Assembly (NCBI GenBank): GCA_965242725.1
Contig: CBDESZ010000018.1
Location: 256,001 to 320,000, forward strand
Source: Alkalispirochaeta sp.
Lineage (GTDB): Bacteria > Spirochaetota > Spirochaetia > DSM-27196 > Alkalispirochaetaceae
Direction of reading: 5' to 3'
Length of the DNA stretch: 64,000 nucleotides
Position 1 is the stretch's first letter. Every line of letters begins with the position of its first letter. The notes under the pieces are model-generated. The model worked only from the letters and a program-made list of their open reading frames with translations, was not told the origin of the DNA and ran no database searches. This document shows, piece by piece, positions 11,593 through 21,306 of the stretch. Both the position numbers and the translations under genes were made by a program.

Positions 11593-12792
11593 GACGTTCC
11601 GCCGATTCCCAGGCGTCGCCGCTTCACATCGAACCACGCCGCAATGAAGGGCCACCATGGAACCGACGCCATGAGGGCGAGATTCTCCCGTATCGTCCCC
11701 TCTTCATCGAGAAAGCGCCAGATCCGACCGAGCGGGTTCTTTTCAAAGAGATCGGTAAAGATTTCTCTCCCCCGGTCGGGGTTTTCATCGAGAATGGAGA
11801 GCAGCATTCCATCGAAGGTCCTGTATCGCCGTGGCGGCTCGGGGATATCAAAGGGGTGCCCGTGTCGGCGGAGAGAGTCGACGATCCGTTCGGCGTCGCG
11901 TACCATGCGCCGGAAGGCAAAACCCGTGGAGCTCTTCACCCGGCCCCCCTTTGTGCCAATGCGGAGAATTCTCTCGCCCCCCCGTCGCGGAAAGGGCTGA
12001 TCCGTCATCGGAATGATCCCCGTCTCTTCCTCCGTTACGCGATACGTCTTTACACCGAGTCTGTGATCGAGGTACTCCCGGAGTCCCAGCTCGTATTCTT
12101 CTTTCGAAAGGAGGTCGCGTGAAAAGAATGTGTACTCAACGAGCGCCTTCGTCCCGGAAAAGGGCAGAATGTACATGAAACGAAACGCACCGTCCTGAGG
12201 AATATCAAGATCGAAGAGCGTGACCGCGTCGGCGTCAAATACGGCCTCCTCCGTTTCAATGACCCACCCGAGAAAGTGCTGTTTGAGAAAACGATATCTC
12301 CTCGTATCGACTGAAAATTCCTTTGGAAGGAAGAGACTGTCAAAGACCCAGTCGCCGGAAAACCGTTCACACCGTCGCCAGCGTAATCGTCGCTCCCCGG
12401 GCTCCTTCGGGCGGTTCATCCGACGGGGCATCCCGTATCTCCGCAACGTCTCCCGACAGGAAAACCACATTCTCCCGCTTCTCCAGATCCGACAGGACAA
12501 AGGAATAGAAGTCTTCTCCCCTGATCATACGATACTCAAAGGGGGCAAGGTCAAAGCGGTGCGATCGGGAAGATCCGTGAAACCACATTTGCTTCCACCG
12601 CCGATGGACGACGGGATCGAAGGGGAAGGGATGGTCGATCCAGAAACACCAGGTGCGGTCGTTTGCGCCCTTCTTTTCTCGGTCGACGACAAGTATTGAG
12701 GAATCGTCGTAACCGTGATGAACGAGACGATATGCAAGCAACAGGCCCGCCGCACCGCCCCCGGCAATGATAAAGTCAAAATGGTCGTCCAT
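11589..12792 (-). CDS. Lycopene beta-cyclase (CrtY/CrtL-type flavoprotein), ~400 aa; frameshift near 12370
   Basis: FAD-binding DFIIAGGGAAGL, NDRTWCFW, QHFLGW, FMYILPFS, ALVEYTFFS, EETGIIPMT, IGTKGGRVKSSTGFAF. The N-half is the end of ORF 12367..13572 and the C-half is ORF 11589..12500. Confidence 0.87.
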
Positions 12793-12827
12793 GTGTTGAA
12801 AGTAGTGCAATCCCCATGCGCAGACAA
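12790..12827 (-). promoter_or_regulatory. Sigma70-type promoter, probably leaderless, for the carotenoid genes
   Basis: On the minus strand: TTGTCT-17 nt-TACTTT-6 nt-ATG, with no Shine-Dalgarno sequence. Confidence 0.5.
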
Positions 12828-12870
12828 GCGTGGAAAGCCTTCGGCCCCTGGGACGGTTTGGGACCTTTTC

Positions 12871-13521
12871 ATGAGACGTGATTGGAAGGACTATACGATG
12901 TGCGCCCTCTGCGGCGATTTTCCCCTGTTGTTGGGAGACTGTGCGATCTGCCCCTCCTGTATTGAGGAGCTTCAGAAGATGCCCGGCCCCTTTGCCGTGA
13001 CATTGCCGGGAAGTGAAATACCCTGCTACGGCGCGGTTGAGTATGCGGGCATCGCCAAACGGGCGATAGAGGTCGTGAAAATAACCGGTAACAAACGCCT
13101 TGCCGTCGATCTCGGGAGAATCCTCCTCTCTCCACTTGTGGCCGATTCCATTGCATTGACGACGGAGGAGGGTCTCTTCCTCGTTCCCGTTCCTGCGAGT
13201 CGCTCGGGTCGGAGGCGGCGCGGGTTCGACCAGGTCCAGATGATCGCCTCGGCCCTTTCCCTTCCGCAGAGCCACCTTCTCCGGCGCAAGGCGGGGAGCC
13301 AGCAAAAACGACTTACCCGGGCGGGTCGGCTGACCAACGCAGCCGAAAAATATATGCTCGTTCGCGACGCCCCTGTCATCGGGGAAAAGGATTGTGAAAA
13401 AAGGGGAGTAATCATCGACGATGTCGCCACGACCGGCGCCAGCATCTCCCAATGTGCCGCCCTCGTCAGGGACGCGGGGTTTACCGTCATCGGTGCCTTT
13501 GTCTGCATGGTAAAACGGTGA
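12871..13521 (+). CDS. comF: ComF family protein (zinc finger + phosphoribosyltransferase domain)
   Basis: CALC...CPSC, LVPVP, RRGFDQ, QQKRL, IIDDVATTGAS. Start codon uncertain. Confidence 0.82.
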   Translation: MRRDWKDYTMCALCGDFPLLLGDCAICPSCIEELQKMPGPFAVTLPGSEIPCYGAVEYAGIAKRAIEVVKITGNKRLAVDLGRILLSPLVADSIALTTEEGLFLVPVPASRSGRRRRGFDQVQMIASALSLPQSHLLRRKAGSQQKRLTRAGRLTNAAEKYMLVRDAPVIGEKDCEKRGVIIDDVATTGASISQCAALVRDAGFTVIGAFVCMVKR

Positions 13522-13531
13522 GAGCGTGCTA

Positions 13532-13560
13532 TTGACGGTGTCGTACCGGTTATGTAGTAT
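13532..13560 (+). promoter_or_regulatory. Sigma70 promoter of the rimP-nusA-infB operon
   Basis: TTGACG (13532-13537), 17-nt spacer, TAGTAT (13555-13560). Confidence 0.65.
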
Positions 13561-13589
13561 TGAGAAAGACAACTTACTGTTACGGCAGC

Positions 13590-13619
13590 AAAGAGTCGCT
13601 CCGGCGGGCTCTTTTTTTT
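13590..13619 (+). terminator. Intrinsic terminator/attenuator in the rimP leader
   Basis: AAAGAGTCGC-TCCG-GCGGGCTCTTT hairpin followed by a T run, located between the promoter and the rimP start. Confidence 0.7.
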
Positions 13620-13652
13620 ATGCCCAGCCGCCCAATTGTCGAGGAGACTACG

Positions 13653-14098
13653 GTGCAGAATCGAAAACCGTCGGGCCCGGTCGTCGACGGTGCAAGAGAC
13701 ATAATCGAAAGTTTGGGATACTCCATCGTCGAGTTTTCGGCGGAGCGTGTAAAAGGTCGCACCCACGTGCACTGCGTCCTTCATCGCCCGGCGGGAATCA
13801 GCCTTGACGATCTGGGTGAGATTCATCAGACCCTTCAGCCGCGGCTTGAGCAACTGCTGGAGGATGACGACTTGCACATAGAGTTCAGTTCACCGGGTAT
13901 TGGCCGTACATTAAAGAATTTTATGAGTTTTCGGTGTTTGTGGGAACTCCCGTACGGGTGTTGCCGGCGGACGGGAATGATTGGATAGAAGGTGTGATAG
14001 AAGTTGCCGACGAAGGGACGTGTTCAATCGTCGATAACGAAGGAACGCGTCACACATTCGTTCCCGAGACGGTCGTCAAGGCGCGACTGACGGATTGA
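13653..14098 (+). CDS. rimP: Ribosome maturation factor RimP, ~148 aa; frameshift near 13920
   Basis: GAGGAG RBS then GTG; GISLDD and IEFSSPGIGRTLK motifs. Adding one base at AATTTTATG continues as EFSVFVGTPVRV...VVKARLTD* ending at 14098, just upstream of nusA. Confidence 0.87.
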
Positions 14099-14113
14099 CA
14101 GGAGGATCAGAGA

Positions 14114-15832
14114 ATGTCGGTGGGACTTGCGGAGGCGATCCGCGCGGTAGTTCAGGACAAAGGTATTTCGGAAGACCTGCTGATGAAGGTCATCGAAGAG
14201 TTTTTAATTGCCGCCTACAAACGGAAATACGGCCACTCGGACAATGCGGTCGTCCAGTTCAGTGATGACGGCAACGAAGTAACTCTCTTTGCCCAGAAGG
14301 TTATTGTCGAGGACCCGGAAGATCCGGTGACCGAAATTCCCCTCTCCGAAGCGTTGGAACTCAACGAGGAATGCGAGGTGGGGGACGAGCTGCTCATAGA
14401 AATCGATCCGCAGGAATTTGACCGCGTTGCGATACAGAGTGCCAAACAGAAAGCACGACAACGCATTCGGGAGATTCAGAAGGATACCCTCTACTCGGAA
14501 TTCATAGACAAAGTCGGCGAGCTTGTCATCGGTTACGTTCAGCGCGAACGAAACGGCAACATATTTGTCGACCTGGGAAAGTCCGAGGGTATCCTTCCGA
14601 AACGCTATCAGTCACCGAGAGAGGTCTACCGTACCAACGACCGCATCAAGGCACTTATCGTCGACGTCGCAAAGGGAAACTCAGGGCTTCAGATCGCCCT
14701 CTCCCGAACCCATACCGACCTTGTCCGCCGGATCTTTGAACTTGAAGTACCAGAAATCTACGCCAAGACCGTAGAAATTGTACGGATCGTACGTGAAGCG
14801 GGATACCGGACAAAGATAGCCGTCGCATCGTCACGGGATGATGTCGATCCCGTCGGTGCCTGCGTCGGCCTGCGGGGTGTCCGGATTCAGGCGATCGTGC
14901 GGGAGCTGGAAGGGGAAAAGATCGACATCCTGAAGTACGACGCCGATCCGCGTATTCTCATTAAAAATGCCCTCTCTCCGGCGGAGGTTACGAGCGTTGT
15001 GATCCTCGATGAAGCACGTCGGCAGGCGCTCGCTATCGTTCCGGAGGATCAGCTCTCGCTGGCGATCGGCAAGCAGGGTCTGAACGTGCGTCTTGCCAAC
15101 CGGCTGGCCGACTGGAATATCGATGTGAAGACGGTTGACCAGTTTGACGAACTTGACATCGCCGCTGAATCCAAGCGCGCCGTATCTGCCCTGTTCGGCG
15201 ATACTCCCGACGAGGAGGAAGAAATCACCTCCGTTGCCGAGCTGCCCGGTGTCTCCGAATCGATGGTATCCATCCTTGAGCAGAACAACATCACCCTCAT
15301 TGAGGAACTCGTGGGGTTGTCCGATGAAGAACTCCACGAACTCGATGGAATGGACGACGAAACGGCTGCGACGCTCAGTAAAATCATCACCGAAAATGTC
15401 GAAATCGTGGAGCAGGATGAATATGAAGACGACCTCTACGAAGACGATTACGACGAAGAGCAGGGCGCTGAAGAAGGTGAGTATGAAGAATCGGACACCG
15501 ATGGCGTAGAGGACGCGACGGAATCGGTCGCCCCGACGGAAGACGAAGACGAAGAGGATGAAGAAGACGAGGACGAAGAAGAGGACGGGTATGAGACCGA
15601 AGAAGGGGAAGAAGAGGTAGTTACGTCGATCGCGGAACTTCCCAACATGACTCCCCAGCTGGTGGACAAACTGAACGCCGCCGGTATCTCCGATCTTGAC
15701 GCATTTATTTCCCTCGATCCGGAGTCCGTCGATTCAATCGAAAACATCACCGCCGATGAAGCCGAGACAATTCGGGTAATCTTGACGGAAAGTGTCGAAA
15801 TCGTCGAAGACGATGACGAATTGGAAGAGTAA
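14114..15832 (+). CDS. nusA: Transcription termination/antitermination factor NusA with extended acidic C-terminus
   Basis: S1 and KH domains: LSRT, FELEVPEI, REAGYRTKIAV, DPVGACVG, LSLAIGKQGLNVRLA. Confidence 0.97.
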   Translation: MSVGLAEAIRAVVQDKGISEDLLMKVIEEFLIAAYKRKYGHSDNAVVQFSDDGNEVTLFAQKVIVEDPEDPVTEIPLSEALELNEECEVGDELLIEIDPQEFDRVAIQSAKQKARQRIREIQKDTLYSEFIDKVGELVIGYVQRERNGNIFVDLGKSEGILPKRYQSPREVYRTNDRIKALIVDVAKGNSGLQIALSRTHTDLVRRIFELEVPEIYAKTVEIVRIVREAGYRTKIAVASSRDDVDPVGACVGLRGVRIQAIVRELEGEKIDILKYDADPRILIKNALSPAEVTSVVILDEARRQALAIVPEDQLSLAIGKQGLNVRLANRLADWNIDVKTVDQFDELDIAAESKRAVSALFGDTPDEEEEITSVAELPGVSESMVSILEQNNITLIEELVGLSDEELHELDGMDDETAATLSKIITENVEIVEQDEYEDDLYEDDYDEEQGAEEGEYEESDTDGVEDATESVAPTEDEDEEDEEDEDEEEDGYETEEGEEEVVTSIAELPNMTPQLVDKLNAAGISDLDAFISLDPESVDSIENITADEAETIRVILTESVEIVEDDDELEE

Positions 15833-15906
15833 CTAGGTATTGACTATGCCCGCGGGCGGTTTACAGATCCCCATCAGAATCGGTAAACTCGAGATAAAGG
15901 AGTGGT

Positions 15907-18775
15907 ATGGCAGAGGATCAGGATAAACAGAAACCGAAAACGACGCTCATTAAGAAAAAATCGGAAAGCTCAACGGCTTCCACATCGGACAGTGGTACGT
16001 CCGGTGAGAAGAAGAAAGTTCGAGTTGTCGTTAAACGGAAGCCGAAGGCGGTAACGAAGCGGAAGAGCGCCATGCCCGAGACAGGAACGGCAGAACCGGC
16101 TCAGCAATCCGCATCGACTCAGCCGTCGCAAGGCGCGGAATCGAAGGAAACGACTCCCAAAGAATCGGTAAAATCCTCCCAAACCACCACGCCCGCCGTC
16201 GAGTCCAAACAAGCGGACTCAAAACCTTCAAGTGAGGTAAAGACTCGCACCCCGAAGGAGGCCGCCAGGGCGGAATCCTCCGCAGAAGTGGCGTCGGGCA
16301 CGGCGAAAAAGAGCGCCGATTCCGACACCGATCAAGGGGCCAAACGCGCCGGTGCTGAGACCCCCGGGGCAAAAACATCCGAGGCTCCCGGCGAGAGCTC
16401 TTCACGGAAAAAAACGGCGGATGAACCACCGAAACGGGAAGGTACACCTCCCGCGGAAGAGACAAAACCGCAAAAGAAAGAACCTCAGGAAGAGAAGGAA
16501 CCGCCGAAGCCGGGGCTGGCGTGGAGCAACGCCAAACCAACCGGAAAAGGCCGCATAAATACACCGGAACACCGCCGTCCGCCGCTGCCGACCTCCATGC
16601 GGGAACGAACCGCCCGGGGACGGACCGATCGCGGGGAAGGTGCCCCGAGAGAAGACAGTCGCCGTCCCGGTGGTGAAGGCCGCGGAGAGGCTCCGGGTCA
16701 GAGAAGAGGCGCTCCCTATCGCGGTCCGGGAAGCGGCGGACGAGGCGCAGGTCCAGGTCGTGGCCCCGGTCCGGGACGCGGCCCCGGGGGACGCCCCGCC
16801 GGCGGAAGACCGCCCATGGGACGCCCCCAACAGGGAGCACCGACGGGACAGCCACCGACGGATACGGACAAGCGCGGCGCACCTGCAAAGAGTGCGGGGA
16901 AAACGCTTTTACAAGAGCAAGAAGGGACGCGGCGGCGGCGGATACGAACGTGACGACCGGCAGCGTGAAAAAGAGATAAGTTTCAACCGGAAGAAACCGC
17001 AGCCGAAGGCCAATCCGGTTCCCAAAGAGATCGACATCATGGAAGTGGTGACGGTGAGTGAATTGGCAAAGAAGATGAACCTGAAAGCCAATGAACTTAT
17101 CGGAAAGCTGATGAGTATGGGAATGATGGTTTCCATCAATCAGCAGATCGACCGGGAAACAGCGGAAATTCTGGCGGGAGAGTACGGCTGCAAGGTCAAT
17201 GTCGTCTCCCTCTATGAAGAGACGCTTATCGAATCCGAAAAGGACGACGAGGGTGACCTGCAAGCCCGTTCACCGATCGTTACCGTCATGGGTCACGTCG
17301 ACCACGGGAAGACAAAACTGCTCGACGCGATTCGCTCCACCAACGTGGTCGAAGGCGAGCACGGCGGAATTACGCAGCATATCGGTGCCTATCAGGTAAA
17401 ATTGGAGCAGGGCACGCTGACCTTCCTTGACACCCCCGGTCATGAGGCGTTTACCCTTATGCGCGCCAGGGGCGCCCAGGTGACGGACATCGTCATTCTC
17501 GTCGTAGCAGCCAATGACGGCGTCATGCCGCAGACGCGGGAAGCGGTGGATCACGCAAAAGAAGCGGGTGTACCGATTATCGTCGCCGTCAACAAGGTAG
17601 ATCTGCCGGAAGCAAACGTCGACAGGGTGAAGCAGCAACTTTCCGAGCTCGATCTCATTCCGGAAGACTGGGGCGGACAGACGCCGGTCGTAGAGGTGTC
17701 GGCACTTCAGAGGCTCGGTATTGAAGACCTCCTTGAAACGGTCCTTCTTCAGGCGGAACTGCTTGAGCTCACCGCCAATTTCGACCGTCGCGCCGAAGGA
17801 AAGATCATCGAAAGTAAAATCGACCCCGGCCGTGGAACCGTTGCGACGGTACTGGTACAGCGCGGTACCCTGCGTATCGGTGACTCCTTTATCGCCGGTA
17901 TCTATCCGGGGAAAGTGCGTGCCATGTTTGACGACCTGGGAAAACGCGTTGATGAGGCGGGTCCGTCGATGCCGGTGGAAGTTCTCGGTTTTGACGGCGT
18001 TCCCGACTCGGGTGATCCCTTCCAGGTGACGGAGGATGAGAAATCCGCCCGCCAGGTCGGGGCAAAGCGACAGGAGCTGAAACGCGTTGAGGAAGCGAAG
18101 AACGTCAAGAAGGTGACGCTGGACAACCTCTACGACAGCATCCAGGAGGGAGCGGTACAGGAACTGAAGGTCGTCATAAAGGGTGACGTCCACGGTTCCG
18201 TTGAAGCGCTTCAGAACGCCCTTGAGCGCCTCAGTACGCCGGAGATTCGCCTCGTGGCGATTCACGCGTCGGCAGGAGCGATCAACGAGGGAGATATCAT
18301 GCTCGCTTCCGCATCAAGCGCAATCGTTGTCGGTTTTCACGTGCGTCCCACACCGCGGGCACAACAGCTTGCCGAGCGGGAGAAGGTGGAGATCAAGAAA
18401 TACAGCATCATTTACGATGCGGTGGAAGACATTCGGGCGGCCATGGAAGGCATGCTTGCGCCGGATCTTCAGGAGAAGACCGTCGGTGCCGTGGAAGTTC
18501 GGGATACCTTCAAAGTACCGAAGATCGGAATCGTCGCCGGATGTTACGTTACCGAAGGGGTGGTGCAACGAAAGGCGAACGTTCGCGTATTTCGGGACAA
18601 CGTACAGATTCACGAAGGTACGATTTCATCGCTCAAGCGCTTCAAGGACGACGTGCGGGAAGTTTCCGCCGGGTATGAATGCGGCATAGGCATCAGCAAT
18701 CTTCAGGACGTGCAGGTGGGAGATACCCTTGAAATCTACGTGGTCAAGGAAGTTGCCAAGAAGCTGGAGTCCTGA
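15907..18775 (+). CDS. infB: Translation initiation factor IF-2, ~955 aa; frameshift near 16900
   Basis: [48 protein letters not shown]. The low-complexity N-terminus is ORF 15907..16953; removing one base at GGGGAAAACG joins the frames. Confidence 0.95.
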
Positions 18776-19170
18776 TGGACGACACACGACGGGCACGACT
18801 TTCACAACGGATCCTTCACGAGCTGAGTGAGCTGTTGCTCAGGGGAGAGATAAAGGACCATCGGGTCAATACCCTCGTATCCTTCAGTTATATAAAACTG
18901 GCGAAGGACGGCAGCACCGCCCGAATCGGTGTTTCATCCTTCCTTGATCATAAAAAGGTCGACCTGGCGGTGGAGGGACTGAACTCCGCCGCCGGTTTCC
19001 TTCAGTCCCGGATAGGTCGCGTCCTGAAAACCCAGGTCACGCCGCGCCTCCACTTTGTCGCCGATCACAGCATCGAAGAGGGGCAGGAAATCATCCGGAC
19101 AATCAACACCCTTGAGTTTTCCGACGATGAACAGCGGGATTCTGCTGCTGGACAAGACGACGGGGAGTAG
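18775..19170 (+). CDS. rbfA: Ribosome-binding factor A
   Basis: IKDHRV, LNSAAGFLQ, TPRLHFVADHSIEEG; follows infB. Confidence 0.93.
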   Translation: MDDTRRARLSQRILHELSELLLRGEIKDHRVNTLVSFSYIKLAKDGSTARIGVSSFLDHKKVDLAVEGLNSAAGFLQSRIGRVLKTQVTPRLHFVADHSIEEGQEIIRTINTLEFSDDEQRDSAAGQDDGE

Positions 19171-20131
19171 CTCCGCCAGGGCGCTGTACCCCGTCAAAAG
19201 AAGATTCCCCCGGCGGAAAGTAGGACACACAGGTACCCTCGACCCCTTTGCCTCGGGACTGATGGTGGTTCTCGTCGGGCAGGCGACACGGCTCTCCCGT
19301 TTTTTTCTCAAACTCGACAAGCGATACACAGGCATCGTCTTCTTCGGCAGTGAAACGGATACGCTGGACCGTCTCGGTTCGGTGGTTGCCACCGGCGGGG
19401 TGCCCCCGCGGGAAATCATTGAGGAGGAGGCGCGCCGTTTTGTGGGTACGACGGAACAGGTCCCGCCGAGTTACTCCGCACTGAAGGTGGGAGGAAAGCG
19501 GGCGTATGCCCTGGCGCGGGCCGGAGAAGAGGTCACTCTGTCACCACGGTCAATACTGGTTCATGAGCTGACAATTACTCCGATTGAGGATACGCCGCGT
19601 CAAAAAGCCCCGCCGCCAAACCGATATCGCATGGCGGTACACTGTGAGAGCGGTACCTACATACGCTCCCTTGCCCGTGATATCGGGCGCGCGGCGGGAA
19701 GTTACGCCTACCTGGAAGAGTTGCGCCGGGATCGGGTCGGCCCTTTTTCCGTCGCCGATGCGTTCCTTCCGGAAGCTATGGATGCGCACACCGACGAGGA
19801 GCTTCTCCTTCCGATTCCCGATGCCATACGTCGCCTCGGCACGATTCCCGTCGTTTCCGTTACGGCAGAGGAGGCCCGTAACTTGCGGGGCGGCAAGATG
19901 CCTCACCGGTCGGTCACACCCCGGTCCATGAAGGGGATCATCGATGAAATCGCGCGGTTTCAGTATGCCGGTGTGGTGGAACACCTCCTTCTCGTCGACA
20001 CCGGGAATCGGTGTGTCGCCCTCATGGACGTTGCCGCCAGCGGAAATACCGACGTGGAAGGCGCCGTCACCGATATCACCCTTTCATATGGTGCGGTTTT
20101 TCCCCTCGAAGATGATGAGGTACGCCCATGA
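19127..20131 (+). CDS. truB: tRNA pseudouridine(55) synthase
   Basis: GILLLDK, VGHTGTLDPFASG, QVPPSYSALKVGGKRAY, SGTYIRSLARD. Confidence 0.95.
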   Translation: MNSGILLLDKTTGSSSARALYPVKRRFPRRKVGHTGTLDPFASGLMVVLVGQATRLSRFFLKLDKRYTGIVFFGSETDTLDRLGSVVATGGVPPREIIEEEARRFVGTTEQVPPSYSALKVGGKRAYALARAGEEVTLSPRSILVHELTITPIEDTPRQKAPPPNRYRMAVHCESGTYIRSLARDIGRAAGSYAYLEELRRDRVGPFSVADAFLPEAMDAHTDEELLLPIPDAIRRLGTIPVVSVTAEEARNLRGGKMPHRSVTPRSMKGIIDEIARFQYAGVVEHLLLVDTGNRCVALMDVAASGNTDVEGAVTDITLSYGAVFPLEDDEVRP

Positions 20132-20976
20132 GTCATCCTGACAATGGAGCGGTCGGTTTCACTCCCCCTGATCCACTCATTCCCCTGGCGATCTGGGATG
20201 ATCCAGACTATCCGCCCCGCGGTTTTCCCACCTCCCGCCCGGTGAGTCTTGCCGTCGGTGTCTTTGACGGAGTTCATCGGGGACATCAGGAACTGTTACA
20301 CCGGGCCGTCTCCGACGCGGGCACCCTCGAGAAAGGGATACCCGCCGTCCTGACCTTCGATCCCAATCCTGCACGTCTCATACGTCCGGAAAGCTATATC
20401 GGCGATCTTTCGACGCGACGGCTGCGTCTTGAGTATTTTGCCCAGACGGGCATTGAAGAGGCCATACTCGTCAGATTTAACGAGCGCTTTGCGAGACTTC
20501 GTGGAGAAGCATTTCTGGAGAAGATTCTTCATCTTTTTCCGTTTCTTCGACTGATGGTCGTCGGTTTCAATTTTCATCTCGGCCACAACCGGGATATTCA
20601 CGCCGAGGAACTTCGTCAGTGGATGGCTGCACGGGACGTCAGGGTTGACATCGTGCCCGCGCTAAAAGATAATGACGGGTCTATCAGTAGCTCCCGCATC
20701 CGTCGTGCCGTCGCGGTTGGGGACTTAGAAGTGGCGGCCGCATTGCTCGGCCGACCGTACACCGTTGCAGTTGACGGCCAACTACCGTCCCACCGCAACG
20801 AATGTCGCCAGCTTCTGCCGCCTCCGGGTACATATGAATGTACATACATTTCGGAGGACTCAAACCGCGAGGGCATGATCAGTGTTTCCGTGGATGGAAC
20901 GCTGCAGTGGGAGAATATACTGGAAGAAACACAATATGTTTTGTTAAGGAGAAACCCACATGTCAACAACGGCTGA
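20128..20976 (+). CDS. ribF: FAD synthetase (RibF adenylyltransferase domain) with degenerate kinase domain
   Basis: [39 protein letters not shown]; the riboflavin-kinase GFPTAN motif is absent. Confidence 0.8.
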   Translation: MSHPDNGAVGFTPPDPLIPLAIWDDPDYPPRGFPTSRPVSLAVGVFDGVHRGHQELLHRAVSDAGTLEKGIPAVLTFDPNPARLIRPESYIGDLSTRRLRLEYFAQTGIEEAILVRFNERFARLRGEAFLEKILHLFPFLRLMVVGFNFHLGHNRDIHAEELRQWMAARDVRVDIVPALKDNDGSISSSRIRRAVAVGDLEVAAALLGRPYTVAVDGQLPSHRNECRQLLPPPGTYECTYISEDSNREGMISVSVDGTLQWENILEETQYVLLRRNPHVNNG

Positions 20977-21229
20977 ACGCAAACGCGAAATTGTCGCGAA
21001 GTTTGGCGAGAACGAAAAGGATACCGGAAAAGCGGAAGTCCAGATCGCACTGCTCACCGAGCGCATTACCGAACTCACCGAGCATCTGAAGCTCAATAAA
21101 AAGGACCACCACAGCCGACGAGGCTTGTTGAAGCTTGTCGGTCAGCGACGACGTCTTCTGCGATACCTCAAGGACTCCGACCTGGAACGGTATCGTTCCA
21201 TTCTCTCCGAGCTCGGACTGCGTAAGTAA
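20960..21229 (+). CDS. rpsO: 30S ribosomal protein S15
   Basis: [36 protein letters not shown]. Confidence 0.98.
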   Translation: MSTTAERKREIVAKFGENEKDTGKAEVQIALLTERITELTEHLKLNKKDHHSRRGLLKLVGQRRRLLRYLKDSDLERYRSILSELGLRK

Positions 21230-21306
21230 CCGTCATCTGCGCCGCGCCGGGTTGGTTGCCCGGCGTTCCGCGCGCAGCCAACCACTCAACGAGGTATACA
21301 AGTACA

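Noticed and set aside
12367..13572. 401-aa minus-strand ORF
   Set aside because: Only its last ~140 codons are real (cyclase N-terminus from ATG 12792); the rest is the antisense shadow of comF.
15410..15620. GAA/GAC-rich repeats as tandem repeat or CRISPR-like arrays (also 61230-61500)
   Set aside because: They are imperfect codon repeats encoding acidic protein tracts, with no fixed repeat-spacer periodicity.
16880..16920. Programmed frameshifting in infB, recA, rimP or prs
   Set aside because: No shared slippery heptamer or stimulatory structure, both +1 and -1 events occur, and these genes are not known recoding targets.
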